From positions 88,754 to 152,753 of the IMG/VR virus record IMGVR_UViG_3300030390_000715: a stretch of DNA of 64,000 nucleotides. One strand, given 5' to 3'. A program made the position numbers and the translations under genes. The notes beneath the pieces were generated by a model, which did no database searches, was not told where the DNA came from, and worked only from the letters and a program-made list of their open reading frames with translations. Positions 27,601 to 37,720 of the stretch are shown piece by piece (the stretch's first letter is position 1; the number at the start of each line of letters is the position of its first letter). The stretch comes from a virus.

Positions 27601-30006
27601 TGGAATTGGGGTGGTCGAACTAACGGATCTAATTTCACGGCTAATGTTAGACGAGTAGTAGCCTCCGAAAGTCTACGTAGAGTGATTGGTGATAGAACAG
27701 TCGATCTTGCCCTTGTACCATGGATTCGATCACGAAAGATTTTCTTCAAGGCGCAAGGCTTAACTCCGAACACTAAGTTTACTCCATTCTTTGACGGTAA
27801 AGATGTCTCTGCATGGTGTCGAGAAGAAGTTGCATTCGTTCAGTGGTCAGATCGAGTAGATGATATTGGTAATAAGAATACATACTCAACAATGTCTGGT
27901 CACCCTGACGGAACTACTGATCTTATTGCTGATGCCAACGGTGAAGTCATTGGGTCATTCTTCATACCTAATATTACACCTAAGTATGCGCTACAACACA
28001 CAAAATATCGTGGAAGATATAATAGATATTATCTACGATTTAGAGCCGGTGCAAGAGAATTTAAACTTCTTGATATCAACGTGAACGACTGGGCTAGTGC
28101 AAACAGTAAAGCATTTACGCATTATACTGCTAAGGGCTTGTTGCCATGGGTATGGTGGAATCCTCTTACGCGCTCAAGAGGCAATAAATATCTTTATCCT
28201 TACAACTACACACGTAAACTTTACTCTGCTAAAGAATTGAAACGTGTACTCGATAGAGTACCTGCGGCTTCTGTTAAGCTAATCGATCCTCAGTTATCTG
28301 GTTTATATGGACCTGATGGTGTTGCACTAGATGGTGCGGCTCTACAGACATTAGCAAACAATACTCAAATGTCGAAAGTTTTGTCCGATTATATTAACAT
28401 TAACTTTAATCAGTTTGCAGACATTTTACCTGCTACAGTCCAAGCGGCTACGATGAATCCATTAGCGCAGACTTTTCATGTTAGTAACGATGTTGGTGTT
28501 ACATTGACTAAGATTGATTTATTCTTCAAGTCAAAGCCAACGACTACTGGCTTACCTGTATCTGTTCATATTCGTCCGGTAGAGAATGGCAAGCCGTCAA
28601 CTTCAGACATTATACCTGATTCACATGTATATGTTAATAGTGCTGATGTTGTCGCAACATCTAATACGAATCAATTGGTTACTATTCAGGGTGCACCAAC
28701 ACCTTTCGTATTTGAAGAGCCACTTTACTTATCGCCTGGGCAAGACTACGCTATTGTGGTCACTTCGCAATCTACAGAGTACGAGCTTTACACTGCAAAG
28801 ACTCGCGAACCAGTAATCAATTCGAAGGCTAGATCGATCACAACACAGTCTGCGCCAGGAGCAATGTTCTTACCTCAGAATGGTGTTAACTGGACTGATT
28901 CGAAAGATCAAGACTTAATGTTCAAGCTAACACGCGCTAAGTTTGGTACGAACGGTGGAGCTAACGGCAGTCTTGTATTGAAAAATGCTGATGTTCCTGC
29001 TAGACTATTGAGTGAGAACCCATTACAAACTACAATTAGTGATCATAAAATATATGTTCGTCACGCCAATCACGGTCTACAGCCAGGAGATGGTGCTAGA
29101 CTAGATAGTTGTGCCGAAATAGGTGGATTCAGTTCTGCGCAGTTAAGCGGTAGTTTCGAAGTTATTGATGTCGATGCATACGGATATCGTTTCGAGATTG
29201 ATCCAAGTAATAGAGTCACAGCGACTACTACTGAAGTTGGTGGTGGTGAGAAATGTCTTTCTTTAGGAAACACTAACTTTTCTGTCGCTAATCCTCATAT
29301 CGAATCGATAATACCTAACACGACTTCGATTGATGTCTCTGCACAATTTACTTCTGGTAAGTCTGTATCTGGTTCTGAAACACGATTCGTAAGAGATACG
29401 AAGTATACGAGAATCACGCCTAAGACAAACACTGATTTTGAGAAGGTCAATACGTTATATAACTCTTATTCTCAAGACTCAGATATTGGTGCGGGCATTG
29501 CCTCTGCTTACTTCAAGGTTGATATGAAATCAGCAAGCGATTTTGTTTCTCCTATCATTGATTTACAGCGTTCTTCGTTAATAACTGTTAACAACTTGAT
29601 CGATGATCCGTCAGTTACACCGCATATCTATCCTGTCGCTGAAACATCTGCAACGGGTAGTACTACAGTAGCGTCTCATATTAATAGCCCTGTAGTATTG
29701 CAAGAGACTGCTGTTGGTATTCAAATAAAGACTGACGCGTCCGTTCACTCGGAATGCAACTTTAGATTAGCCTATCGTGTTTGTTCTTCTGATCAAGATA
29801 TTCAGAACACACCGTGGGTAGTTCAAAATCCTACTGACGCTATCGTAAAGGATGGAAGTGTGCGCTCCGTTGAATTCTTAGTCGGTGATAAGAATGGCAC
29901 AATACCTCCATTTAGTCAAGTTCAGACTAAGTTCATTCTAGAAAGTAAGAATAGTGGTAAGCCAGTAACCATAGGCAATAGTGTGGTCAAGTACTTAGCG
30001 GTATGA
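24700..30006 (+). CDS. Large virion structural protein (DUF4815/VrlC-like)
   Basis: YADDFD..NYHQILF..GRALQARELTQLQ, PGADRY, RTKEESGDYVV and PLAQTF. Confidence 0.8.
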   Translation: MANQYTSATLPGTYADDFDPTNNYHQILFNSGRALQARELTQLQSIIFAEMSRMGGNLYKEGAAISGAGTSINSAYDYVKIASTNAGGEFSAIPVGTIFSDPITNIKAQVLEVSQAKTGQLFDTLFIEYINNGSAVSGNTPTRFGDQVTLFDQSGGGYELITETPNATGKGVKFTVAEGEFFALGRFVNTIEQSIILSPYENSAIDTVVGFRVVQDIVTVNDTEALYDNTNGVVNTASPGADRYRISLVLTTEDQVTDSQTFLFLARVENSKISEEIQIQDSFNKINDLLSIRTKEESGDYVVNPFTVNVDDFDNGLDSNLDLIVSEGTAYINGYRVENQSSAKFKLPRPTATELVNNDTIGIQLGNYFLCNVNKDIPILDYTEVNLYSAVTAGGSVVGTARVRGIQHFSDTVQKVFVYDVTMQPGQSIAQIRSLGTASTNYFDIVVATNGIKLYETDNNDLLFATNNARPSDFDDITVTVQKYQTKTAVGNAVTLDQLPVGQSYTQSSEWILSTAQTSGVELPSTYVVTITNSGRDASVTSLAQATDDYKIIAFVQKTATIKPKTATTSGTTSFTSSVDAVSGVTYFNLGLPDIYSVDSVRQNNSAGNDLSSIFTIDDGQRDNYYGDGRLVLKDGFADPGTIYVNFKSFTRGAGDFYAVNSYNVPYSDIPKHITNTGEEISLHDVIDFRPDQNTAGTVSNIPALPLNGSLITADVNYYLPRADKVIMTHDGEINILMGQQARDPQFKETPDNSMELYKIILNANTKDENDLVVVPTAQQRGYTMKDIGDLENKIDAIEESTSLSIFELEARLDNVLDSDGVIRIISGLQVNEATDHTGTDTGSPDHRASIDPENRLIRPSFEEGNTRLVYVPNNTADAFTTSHSSTGVVKKGDNIYLAHDSAEWTFQKLASRTTKINPFGLIDNVGTLKLSPSTDEWKESIQDAVKVLAGTNKLSAKQAHCWNNWQWNWGGRTNGSNFTANVRRVVASESLRRVIGDRTVDLALVPWIRSRKIFFKAQGLTPNTKFTPFFDGKDVSAWCREEVAFVQWSDRVDDIGNKNTYSTMSGHPDGTTDLIADANGEVIGSFFIPNITPKYALQHTKYRGRYNRYYLRFRAGAREFKLLDINVNDWASANSKAFTHYTAKGLLPWVWWNPLTRSRGNKYLYPYNYTRKLYSAKELKRVLDRVPAASVKLIDPQLSGLYGPDGVALDGAALQTLANNTQMSKVLSDYININFNQFADILPATVQAATMNPLAQTFHVSNDVGVTLTKIDLFFKSKPTTTGLPVSVHIRPVENGKPSTSDIIPDSHVYVNSADVVATSNTNQLVTIQGAPTPFVFEEPLYLSPGQDYAIVVTSQSTEYELYTAKTREPVINSKARSITTQSAPGAMFLPQNGVNWTDSKDQDLMFKLTRAKFGTNGGANGSLVLKNADVPARLLSENPLQTTISDHKIYVRHANHGLQPGDGARLDSCAEIGGFSSAQLSGSFEVIDVDAYGYRFEIDPSNRVTATTTEVGGGEKCLSLGNTNFSVANPHIESIIPNTTSIDVSAQFTSGKSVSGSETRFVRDTKYTRITPKTNTDFEKVNTLYNSYSQDSDIGAGIASAYFKVDMKSASDFVSPIIDLQRSSLITVNNLIDDPSVTPHIYPVAETSATGSTTVASHINSPVVLQETAVGIQIKTDASVHSECNFRLAYRVCSSDQDIQNTPWVVQNPTDAIVKDGSVRSVEFLVGDKNGTIPPFSQVQTKFILESKNSGKPVTIGNSVVKYLAV

Positions 30007-30239
30007 TCAATTATCGTCACATAAAAGTCGAGGGGGTTCCTAGTTTAGTTCGAGATGTTGAAACAAACGCTATACTAAGTGTAGATGCAAAAGCAATCGA
30101 ACTAGCTAGAACCCAAAAAAGAATACGAGCCGCAAAGAAAATTGAACATACAGCCTTAGAGAATAAGGTCGATAGTCTCCAAAAAGACATAGAGGATATT
30201 AAAAAAATACTAGAATTGTTAGTCTCTGATAACGTATAA
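30003..30239 (+). CDS. Small coiled-coil protein, conserved after DUF4815 genes
   Basis: KVEG..LVRD..TNAIL and a C-terminal heptad pattern. Confidence 0.65.
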   Translation: MINYRHIKVEGVPSLVRDVETNAILSVDAKAIELARTQKRIRAAKKIEHTALENKVDSLQKDIEDIKKILELLVSDNV

Positions 30240-30242
30240 ATA
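30235..30242 (+). promoter_or_regulatory. T4-type late promoter
   Basis: TATAAATA upstream of the 2480-aa ORF. Confidence 0.75.
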
Positions 30243-30277
30243 ACTGTAACTCTTGACGAATAAGAAGACTGACACCT

Positions 30278-33200
30278 ATGTCTCTACCCTTAAAACATCT
30301 TGGCAATGGCGCGCTTCAAGAATTAGCTTCCGTTGATCTTGATTCCATTGCTTATAGGGCGGGTGTTCATCTAGGTAAAATGGGCGCAGAAGATGCTTCG
30401 GCTCTAACTACAACCTCTACTGCTAACACTCTAGTCGGTTCAATCGATGATACGTTTTACGAAACCACTATAGGTTCTACTCCAGGAACAACATGGACAG
30501 TTAATCTAGCTGTCGATCATATATCGGACACAACTACCGGTGTTCATACTGCGACATTCACACAATTAAACGAATTTCCCTCTCCTATCTTTGTTGGCGA
30601 TACTGTAAGAGTTATTGTTACAGGTGATGCTCAGACAGGTTTTGAAGAGATCGCTCACGAATTGTCCGAGTCTGGTACAGCACTCTTCAGTACAGAAAGT
30701 GTAACAACAACACCGTCCGCGTCTATCATCGAAGATACTCGCGTCGAATGGGAAGATTTTGTTTATGGTCTGACAGGCACATTTATCTCACAGTTTGAGG
30801 TTAAGGTGACTCAACCTGGAGTAATAAACTTTTCGTTGAATGTGAGTACCACTGACTTAAACAACACAACTAATAATACCGCTAACGCGTCTATATCGTT
30901 TGCGACTGTCGATGTTGAAGAAACATTACCGCCAGAAGCGACTAGCGTTCAATATGACTTATATCAATCCAATGCTGGTATTGTTACGCAAAGCGTACAC
31001 AAAAAGAACCCTGTTTTCTGGACCAGATATCTAACGCCAAATGGTATCAAAGAAATGTCTGATGCAGAACTTGATTCGTTCTGCGAAAAATTAGTCATAC
31101 GAATTATGGCAAACGAATTGCCAGGCACATACAGATTAAATGCTAACAGCCCAGGCTCTGATTGGGTTCAATTTGTTAGCAACGTATTTACAGATACACG
31201 CGCAGACGGATCGACTACTGACTACTCGATATGGCTAAGACAGTCAGGTACTGCGCCTACTCAAGTTAATCTTGTATATCCGAAGCGCGTCTTGGGTGAA
31301 TACGCAGGATTAAATGAGTATACAGACAATCAAGTCGAATTTACTTTTGGCGAAAGAGTTAAGAAAGCCATTGCCACTACCGGTATTGGTAAATATGTAC
31401 TAAGATCATCTACTCAAGGTGCGCCTACTGAAACAGGAACGTGGGTTGCTCGTGGTAGTGCGATTGATACTAGACTAGAATATTATTATGACCCAGGTTA
31501 TGTTTCAACACCTGCATATTCAAGTCAATATGTAGAAGATTATGCAACCGACTATGTTGACACGTATGAAGGTAATTATGAGCCTACATATACTGGCGAT
31601 TTCACTGCTGACTTTGAAGGTACATACGAAGCGGAATATCTAGGCAACTATACGCCAGATTATGACACAGGATATGATGCCGAATACACTCAAAACTTTG
31701 AAGCTGATTATCAAAGCCAGTATGAGCAAGAATATCTTGGGGACTACGTTAGCCAATATGTACCCACATACGACGGTGCTATTTTTAACGAACAGTACAG
31801 TACGGATTATCTAGCCGCTGATTTTATAGGCGACTACATTAGCGATTATACAGCCGACGCATACGATTCAGGATATACTTCGGACTATCAAATTGATTAC
31901 ATTGGTTCATACACTGGTCAATACACTAGTAACTATGACAGCGTATATGAAGATATCAATTACGCTACAGATTACAGCGTAGATTATACAGGGCAATATG
32001 AGTCTGTATATGCGACCACGTATGAGAATGACTACACTAGTAATTATAGTTCCCAGTACACTTCTCAATATTCGGATGAATACGAGTCTGTATATGAAGA
32101 TATAGAATACTTGACCGATTACATCTCGGTCTATAATAGCGACTATACTACTGACTATCTAAGCGATTATGATAATACAGCATATAGTACGATTTTCGAA
32201 ACTACCTACGCCACAAATTATTCTACTGGCTTTGAATCTACCTTTATAGGCACGTATGATGACACTGACTATGCGGCTACCTTTTCTGGCGATTATGTCT
32301 CTAATTATGATAACTCATTCGTAAGTCCGGAGTATCAGAGTGTTTACGAGGGTAGCCCATACTCTGTAGACTTTGTTGGAGATTACACATCCACTTATGA
32401 TTCTTCGTTCGTACAGGATTTTGTAGGCACGTATGATGACACTGACTATGTGACTAACTTCGTCGGTGATTATGCTAGTCAATATATCAGTCAGTTTAGC
32501 CAAGACTTTGCTGTCGATTATAATACAGACGATTACGTGGTAGACTTTGTTGGTGATTATACGTCATCTTACGATGCTTCGTTCGCACAGGACTTCGTTG
32601 GAAATTATAGTGACACTGACTATGCGACTACCTTCGTCGGTGATTATGCTAGTCAATATATCAATCAGTTTAGTCAGAACTTTGCGGCAGTGTTTGATGG
32701 TTCTCAATATACTACTGTTTTTGAATCGAACTATGTGGGTGATTATGCAGGATCATTCGAAGGCAACTTCAACAACATATTCGAAGGTGCAAGTTATGTT
32801 TCTACCTTTGCCAACTCTTATGCTAGTCAATATACGTCACAGTTCAGTCAAGCATTCTCGGCTAACTATGATAACACAACATACACTGGTGACTTTAATG
32901 AGACTTATTCTGGCGATTACATTGGTCTGTATAGCGCGTCTTTCGCAGGCAATTATGAGCGAACTACATATGAAACGCAATTTAGCGCGTCATACACCGG
33001 CAACTATGTGGGTCTTTTCTCACAGACTTTCTTAGGAACATATGACAGTCAAGGATACACTGCTGACTTTACAGCAAACTATACTGGCGACTACAGCGGT
33101 ACGTTCGGAACTACGTTTCTTGGAAATTATGATAGTCAACAATTTAACGCTATCTTCGAGAGTACTTACACTGGTGATTATGACGGACAATTTAGTGCTA

Positions 33201-36200
33201 CGTTTATCGGTGAATACGATAGAGTAAACTACAACACAAACTTCGTAGGCGATTACGTCGGTGATTATAGCGGAGCATTTAGTGCTACGTTTGTAGGCAA
33301 TTACGAAAGATTGACGTACCAAGGCGAGTATGTTTCTACGTACACTGGTGATTATACCGGAACATTTAATGCCAACTTTAACGCTACTTACGATGGAGCT
33401 AATTACGCCTCTCAATATACTGGCGGTTATACTGGCGCTCCGTCTGAAACCTTTAGTGCTAACTTTATAGGCGAATACCAGCGAATTGATTACACTAGCC
33501 AATATACTGGTCAATACGTATCACAGATAAGCGAATCGTTCGGTGCTTCATATACGGGTGTCTACGAAAGAACCAATTACACTTCTGTTTACACTGGTGG
33601 TTATACTGGACAAGTAAACGAAAACGAGGATAGCACTAACGAAGAGTCGTTCGCTCGTGACACTTACGTCTCACAATACACTGGCGGATACACTGGTGGT
33701 TATGCAGGGCTATACGAACGCGCAGTGAATGAATCGTTTTCAGGTGCCTCATTCACTGGTGATTATACAGGGCAGTATGTTGGTCAAGTTGGCGAAACCA
33801 TAATTGATAATATCGATGAATCGTTCAATGTGAACTATACAGGCGAATATACAGGTCAGTATGTTGGTCAAGTTGGCGAAACCATAGGCGATGCTATCAA
33901 CGAATCATTCAATGTAAATTACACTGGTGATTATACAGGGCAGTATGTTGGTCAAGTTGGTGAAACCGAGCAACAAACATTTACAGCAACTTTTAACTCT
34001 GCTAATAACTACAATACGCAATATACAGGGCAGTATATTGGTCAAGTAACCGAGAATGAAAGTACAACGGAACAACAATCTTATACAGGCGCATATACAG
34101 GCGATTACACAGGTCAGTATGTTGGTCAAGTAAGTGAGACAGAACAAACAGCTATCAACGAAGGTTTTGTTACCACATATATTGGAACATATACTGGTGG
34201 TTATGAACGCGCACAAACAGAAAATGAAGACCAAACACAATCGACCACATACACGGGCGGTTATGTACGCGCACAAAACACTACTAATCAAGATACGGTG
34301 ACTGATGCCGTAGGGGAAGTTTTCAATGGAAACTTCCAAGGAAACTACGTTAGTACCTCTACAACTTTTTACAATGGACCAAATGCTCATACAACAAGTA
34401 CGATGGTTGCTGACGAATATGCTGATCTAAATGATTACAACCTTTCGGGTACAGCCGGTTATTCCTCTGTTTCTTCTACCCTTGGTGGTAGTTTCAGCCC
34501 AACTTCACTTAATCTTGGCATGGGATCTGTAAGGGCTCTATTTCACAACTGGACTACGATTTTTACTTCTGGTGTTGGTGTTAAAACATCGCAAGGTTTA
34601 ACGCTTCAACTCAACGCTGGTAGTAATCCCACAAACTGGCAATCGATGCACCTTGTAGCACCCGGTGGCGCGGTTACGATTGTCAATAGAACGTCTATGT
34701 CTTATACGCTGTCAGGTGGAATTGCGACTTTCTCTATATCTTCCTCGGTTGCCCCCGGACCCGTCTTCTTTGGTCAAAATGAATCTTGGACTGTTAAGTT
34801 TATTAATCCCTTTGGCAACACAGCGGGATATGCCGGTGGAGGTGGCAGTTCAACTTTCATAGGAGATTACGTAAGTTCATACATAGGCTCTTATTTAGGC
34901 GCATACACGGGCTCATACACAGGGCAATATACAGGAACAGTGAACGAGAATTTCACGGGTGATTATGTCGGGCAGTATTCGGGTCAATATGTTGGTGTTG
35001 TTCAAGAGGGCATAGATGAAGGCTTTGCGTCTACATACACTGGTCAATACACTGGTGGCTATACAGGTTTATACGAACGAGCGCAGAACCAGTCGTTTGC
35101 TACGGTTCAATCATCGACATATACCGGTGGCTATACAGGGCAATATACAGGCTTATACGAACGAGCGCAGAATGAAAACTTCGCGGTCAACTATAACAGT
35201 TCATACATAGGCAACTACACTGGTGGTTATGCAGGGCTATATGAACGAGCGCAGAGTGAAACTTTCGCGGCTGTTTATGCTGGAACGTACACAGGTCAAT
35301 ACACTGGTGGCTATTCAGGATTATATGAACGAGCGCAGAGTGAAACTTTCGCGGCTGTCTATGCCGGCACATACACTGGACAATACTCTGGTGGTTATGC
35401 AGGGCTATATGAACGCGCAGTGAATGAAACTTTCAGTGTTGCTTACGCGGCTGATTATATTGGTCAGTATGTTGGTCAAATAGCTGAAGTAGAACAGACT
35501 ACAGAACAAGAAACATTCTCCGCGTCTTATATTGGAAATTACATTGGTGGTTATACTGGTCAGTACTTAGGGCAATATGAGCGTACACAACAACAAAACT
35601 TTTCCGCTAACTACTTAGCCTCGTTTGAAGGTGCATTTAACGCAACATATGTGGGGCTATACGAACGCGCTATTGATGAAACATTTAGTGCTAACTACCT
35701 CGGAACATTCGCGGGCGATTATGTCTCACAATATACTGGAGCATACGAATCTGTAGATAGCGAAACATTTACGGCTAACTTCACTGGCTCTTATAATAGC
35801 ACATATTTGTCATCGTATGACGGTACCTTTGTTGCTAACTTTAATCAAACATTCATTGACCAATACACCGGAACATTCCTTGGTGATTATCTTTCGCAGT
35901 ATACAGGCGGATTCTCAGAGTCCTTCGCCGGAGACTACGCTTCTGATTATCTCGGAACATTCGCGGGCGATTATCTTTCGCAGTACACGGGCGTCTTTAC
36001 ACAAAACTTTGTAGGCACATACACTTCGGGCTATACAAGAACATTCGACGGCGACTACGTTTCACAATACGAAGGTAACTTCTCGGCTGTATACACAGGA
36101 AACTTTACTGCACAATACACCGGAACATTCGACGGCAACTACGTTTCACAATATGAAGGTAACTTCTCGGCTAATTTTGGAGCGCAGTTTAGCGCACAGT

Positions 36201-37720
36201 ATCTTGGAACATTCATAGGTGATTATGCTTCGAGCTACGAAGGTGCGTTTGGTGTCTCATATTCTGGAAACTTTACTGAAGACTACGTTGACACGTATAC
36301 ATCCCAGTATACATCCCAGTATACATCTGATTTTGAAGCCATTTACGTCGGTGATTTTGAAGGAGCTTATCAAGCTTCCTTTGAAGGTAACTTTGCGGCT
36401 CAATACGAAGGATCTTTTGCGCAGACCTTCACAGGATCATACGATACACAGTACACTGGATCTTACATATCACAGTATTTGTCGACATACGAATCAGCTT
36501 TCACAGCTATATTCGGTAGTGATTACACGTCCGAGTATCTAGGAACATTCGACGGTAACTATGTCTCAGCCTATGCCAATGTGTTCAGCCAGACATTCTC
36601 GGGCAATTATGTTTCTAGTTATCTCGGAACATTCACTGGTCAATATACGGGTGAGTACGAGTCAGACTATACAAGCTCATTCGCAGGAGATTATGCATCC
36701 GAGTATCTTGGAACATTCGACGGTAACTATGTCTCAGCCTATGCCAATGTGTTCAGCCAGACATTCTCGGGCAATTATGTAACTGATTATATTGATTCTT
36801 ATCAGTCTGCTTATATTACTACCTATGACAGTACATTCACATCTAACTTTAGTGGTGAATACACGTCCGAGTATCTCGGAACATTCGATGGTGATTATAC
36901 TTCGGAATATGCTAGTATATACCTGAACGAATATGTCGGTACTTACACATCTGAATACACTGACACTTACACTGGCAACTTCTTAGATACATACGAAGGA
37001 ACTTTCGCTGATGCGTATGAAACTGGTTATACTGGCACATATGCTTCCGAGTATCAAACCAATTACGGATCGGAGTTTATAAGTGAATATGCTAGTGATT
37101 ATACCACTGATTACAATACCGATTATGCTACGCAATTCGAAGGCACGTTCATTGGTCAATATGAGAATGAGTACCTAGGCACTTACGAAAGCACCTTCAT
37201 AGAGAATTACGAGTCGACTGAATCATACATTGCATATGGTACTTCCTATGCGTCCGAATATGTCTCTGACTACAATCCTACATACGAAGGTGATTTCTTA
37301 GGAAGCTATGAGCCTAGCTACGAGACAACTTACAATTCAGAATATACAGGCACATATGACGCTGACGCTGTGGATGAAAGTTACGATTCATTGTATGTTC
37401 GTGATCTTTATTCTTCTGATTATACGACTGATTATATCGAACAAGTTTACGTGTCTGGTTATGTGACTAGCTACGAAGGTCTTGATAGCGAAGAGTCATA
37501 CGATACGACATATGATGGCGCTGTTTACACCTCGAGCTATGCCTCTGACTATCAAGATGATGACATTATCGAGAGTTACGATGACACGGCTTACACCGCA
37601 CTCTATAATACCGATTACTCGATTGACTATATAACTGATACAGCATACGGTACTGGAGGACACTTACGAGACATTCCTGTATCGATTGAAACTTATACAT
37701 TATACGTGAGGGTAGCATGA
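30278..37720 (+). CDS. Giant Tyr/Phe-periodic (Yxxx)n acidic protein, putative virion fibre/appendage
   Basis: Late promoter; ~400-aa N-terminal domains, then ~2050 aa with an aromatic residue at about every 4th position, interrupted by a ~160-aa central non-repetitive domain. Confidence 0.8.
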   Translation: MSLPLKHLGNGALQELASVDLDSIAYRAGVHLGKMGAEDASALTTTSTANTLVGSIDDTFYETTIGSTPGTTWTVNLAVDHISDTTTGVHTATFTQLNEFPSPIFVGDTVRVIVTGDAQTGFEEIAHELSESGTALFSTESVTTTPSASIIEDTRVEWEDFVYGLTGTFISQFEVKVTQPGVINFSLNVSTTDLNNTTNNTANASISFATVDVEETLPPEATSVQYDLYQSNAGIVTQSVHKKNPVFWTRYLTPNGIKEMSDAELDSFCEKLVIRIMANELPGTYRLNANSPGSDWVQFVSNVFTDTRADGSTTDYSIWLRQSGTAPTQVNLVYPKRVLGEYAGLNEYTDNQVEFTFGERVKKAIATTGIGKYVLRSSTQGAPTETGTWVARGSAIDTRLEYYYDPGYVSTPAYSSQYVEDYATDYVDTYEGNYEPTYTGDFTADFEGTYEAEYLGNYTPDYDTGYDAEYTQNFEADYQSQYEQEYLGDYVSQYVPTYDGAIFNEQYSTDYLAADFIGDYISDYTADAYDSGYTSDYQIDYIGSYTGQYTSNYDSVYEDINYATDYSVDYTGQYESVYATTYENDYTSNYSSQYTSQYSDEYESVYEDIEYLTDYISVYNSDYTTDYLSDYDNTAYSTIFETTYATNYSTGFESTFIGTYDDTDYAATFSGDYVSNYDNSFVSPEYQSVYEGSPYSVDFVGDYTSTYDSSFVQDFVGTYDDTDYVTNFVGDYASQYISQFSQDFAVDYNTDDYVVDFVGDYTSSYDASFAQDFVGNYSDTDYATTFVGDYASQYINQFSQNFAAVFDGSQYTTVFESNYVGDYAGSFEGNFNNIFEGASYVSTFANSYASQYTSQFSQAFSANYDNTTYTGDFNETYSGDYIGLYSASFAGNYERTTYETQFSASYTGNYVGLFSQTFLGTYDSQGYTADFTANYTGDYSGTFGTTFLGNYDSQQFNAIFESTYTGDYDGQFSATFIGEYDRVNYNTNFVGDYVGDYSGAFSATFVGNYERLTYQGEYVSTYTGDYTGTFNANFNATYDGANYASQYTGGYTGAPSETFSANFIGEYQRIDYTSQYTGQYVSQISESFGASYTGVYERTNYTSVYTGGYTGQVNENEDSTNEESFARDTYVSQYTGGYTGGYAGLYERAVNESFSGASFTGDYTGQYVGQVGETIIDNIDESFNVNYTGEYTGQYVGQVGETIGDAINESFNVNYTGDYTGQYVGQVGETEQQTFTATFNSANNYNTQYTGQYIGQVTENESTTEQQSYTGAYTGDYTGQYVGQVSETEQTAINEGFVTTYIGTYTGGYERAQTENEDQTQSTTYTGGYVRAQNTTNQDTVTDAVGEVFNGNFQGNYVSTSTTFYNGPNAHTTSTMVADEYADLNDYNLSGTAGYSSVSSTLGGSFSPTSLNLGMGSVRALFHNWTTIFTSGVGVKTSQGLTLQLNAGSNPTNWQSMHLVAPGGAVTIVNRTSMSYTLSGGIATFSISSSVAPGPVFFGQNESWTVKFINPFGNTAGYAGGGGSSTFIGDYVSSYIGSYLGAYTGSYTGQYTGTVNENFTGDYVGQYSGQYVGVVQEGIDEGFASTYTGQYTGGYTGLYERAQNQSFATVQSSTYTGGYTGQYTGLYERAQNENFAVNYNSSYIGNYTGGYAGLYERAQSETFAAVYAGTYTGQYTGGYSGLYERAQSETFAAVYAGTYTGQYSGGYAGLYERAVNETFSVAYAADYIGQYVGQIAEVEQTTEQETFSASYIGNYIGGYTGQYLGQYERTQQQNFSANYLASFEGAFNATYVGLYERAIDETFSANYLGTFAGDYVSQYTGAYESVDSETFTANFTGSYNSTYLSSYDGTFVANFNQTFIDQYTGTFLGDYLSQYTGGFSESFAGDYASDYLGTFAGDYLSQYTGVFTQNFVGTYTSGYTRTFDGDYVSQYEGNFSAVYTGNFTAQYTGTFDGNYVSQYEGNFSANFGAQFSAQYLGTFIGDYASSYEGAFGVSYSGNFTEDYVDTYTSQYTSQYTSDFEAIYVGDFEGAYQASFEGNFAAQYEGSFAQTFTGSYDTQYTGSYISQYLSTYESAFTAIFGSDYTSEYLGTFDGNYVSAYANVFSQTFSGNYVSSYLGTFTGQYTGEYESDYTSSFAGDYASEYLGTFDGNYVSAYANVFSQTFSGNYVTDYIDSYQSAYITTYDSTFTSNFSGEYTSEYLGTFDGDYTSEYASIYLNEYVGTYTSEYTDTYTGNFLDTYEGTFADAYETGYTGTYASEYQTNYGSEFISEYASDYTTDYNTDYATQFEGTFIGQYENEYLGTYESTFIENYESTESYIAYGTSYASEYVSDYNPTYEGDFLGSYEPSYETTYNSEYTGTYDADAVDESYDSLYVRDLYSSDYTTDYIEQVYVSGYVTSYEGLDSEESYDTTYDGAVYTSSYASDYQDDDIIESYDDTAYTALYNTDYSIDYITDTAYGTGGHLRDIPVSIETYTLYVRVA
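36542..36780 (+). repeat. 71-bp exact direct repeat inside the giant ORF
   Basis: GGAACATTCGACGGTAAC...GGCAATTATGT at 36542-36612 and 36710-36780. Confidence 0.85.

Noticed and set aside
31480-37680. Repeats considered as a CRISPR array, DGR template/variable pair or ice-nucleation protein
   Set aside because: The repeats are in-frame coding and degenerate, with no constant repeat-spacer pattern. There is no reverse transcriptase or adenine-specific mismatch pattern in the window, and the AGYGSTxTA 16-mer of ice-nucleation proteins is absent.
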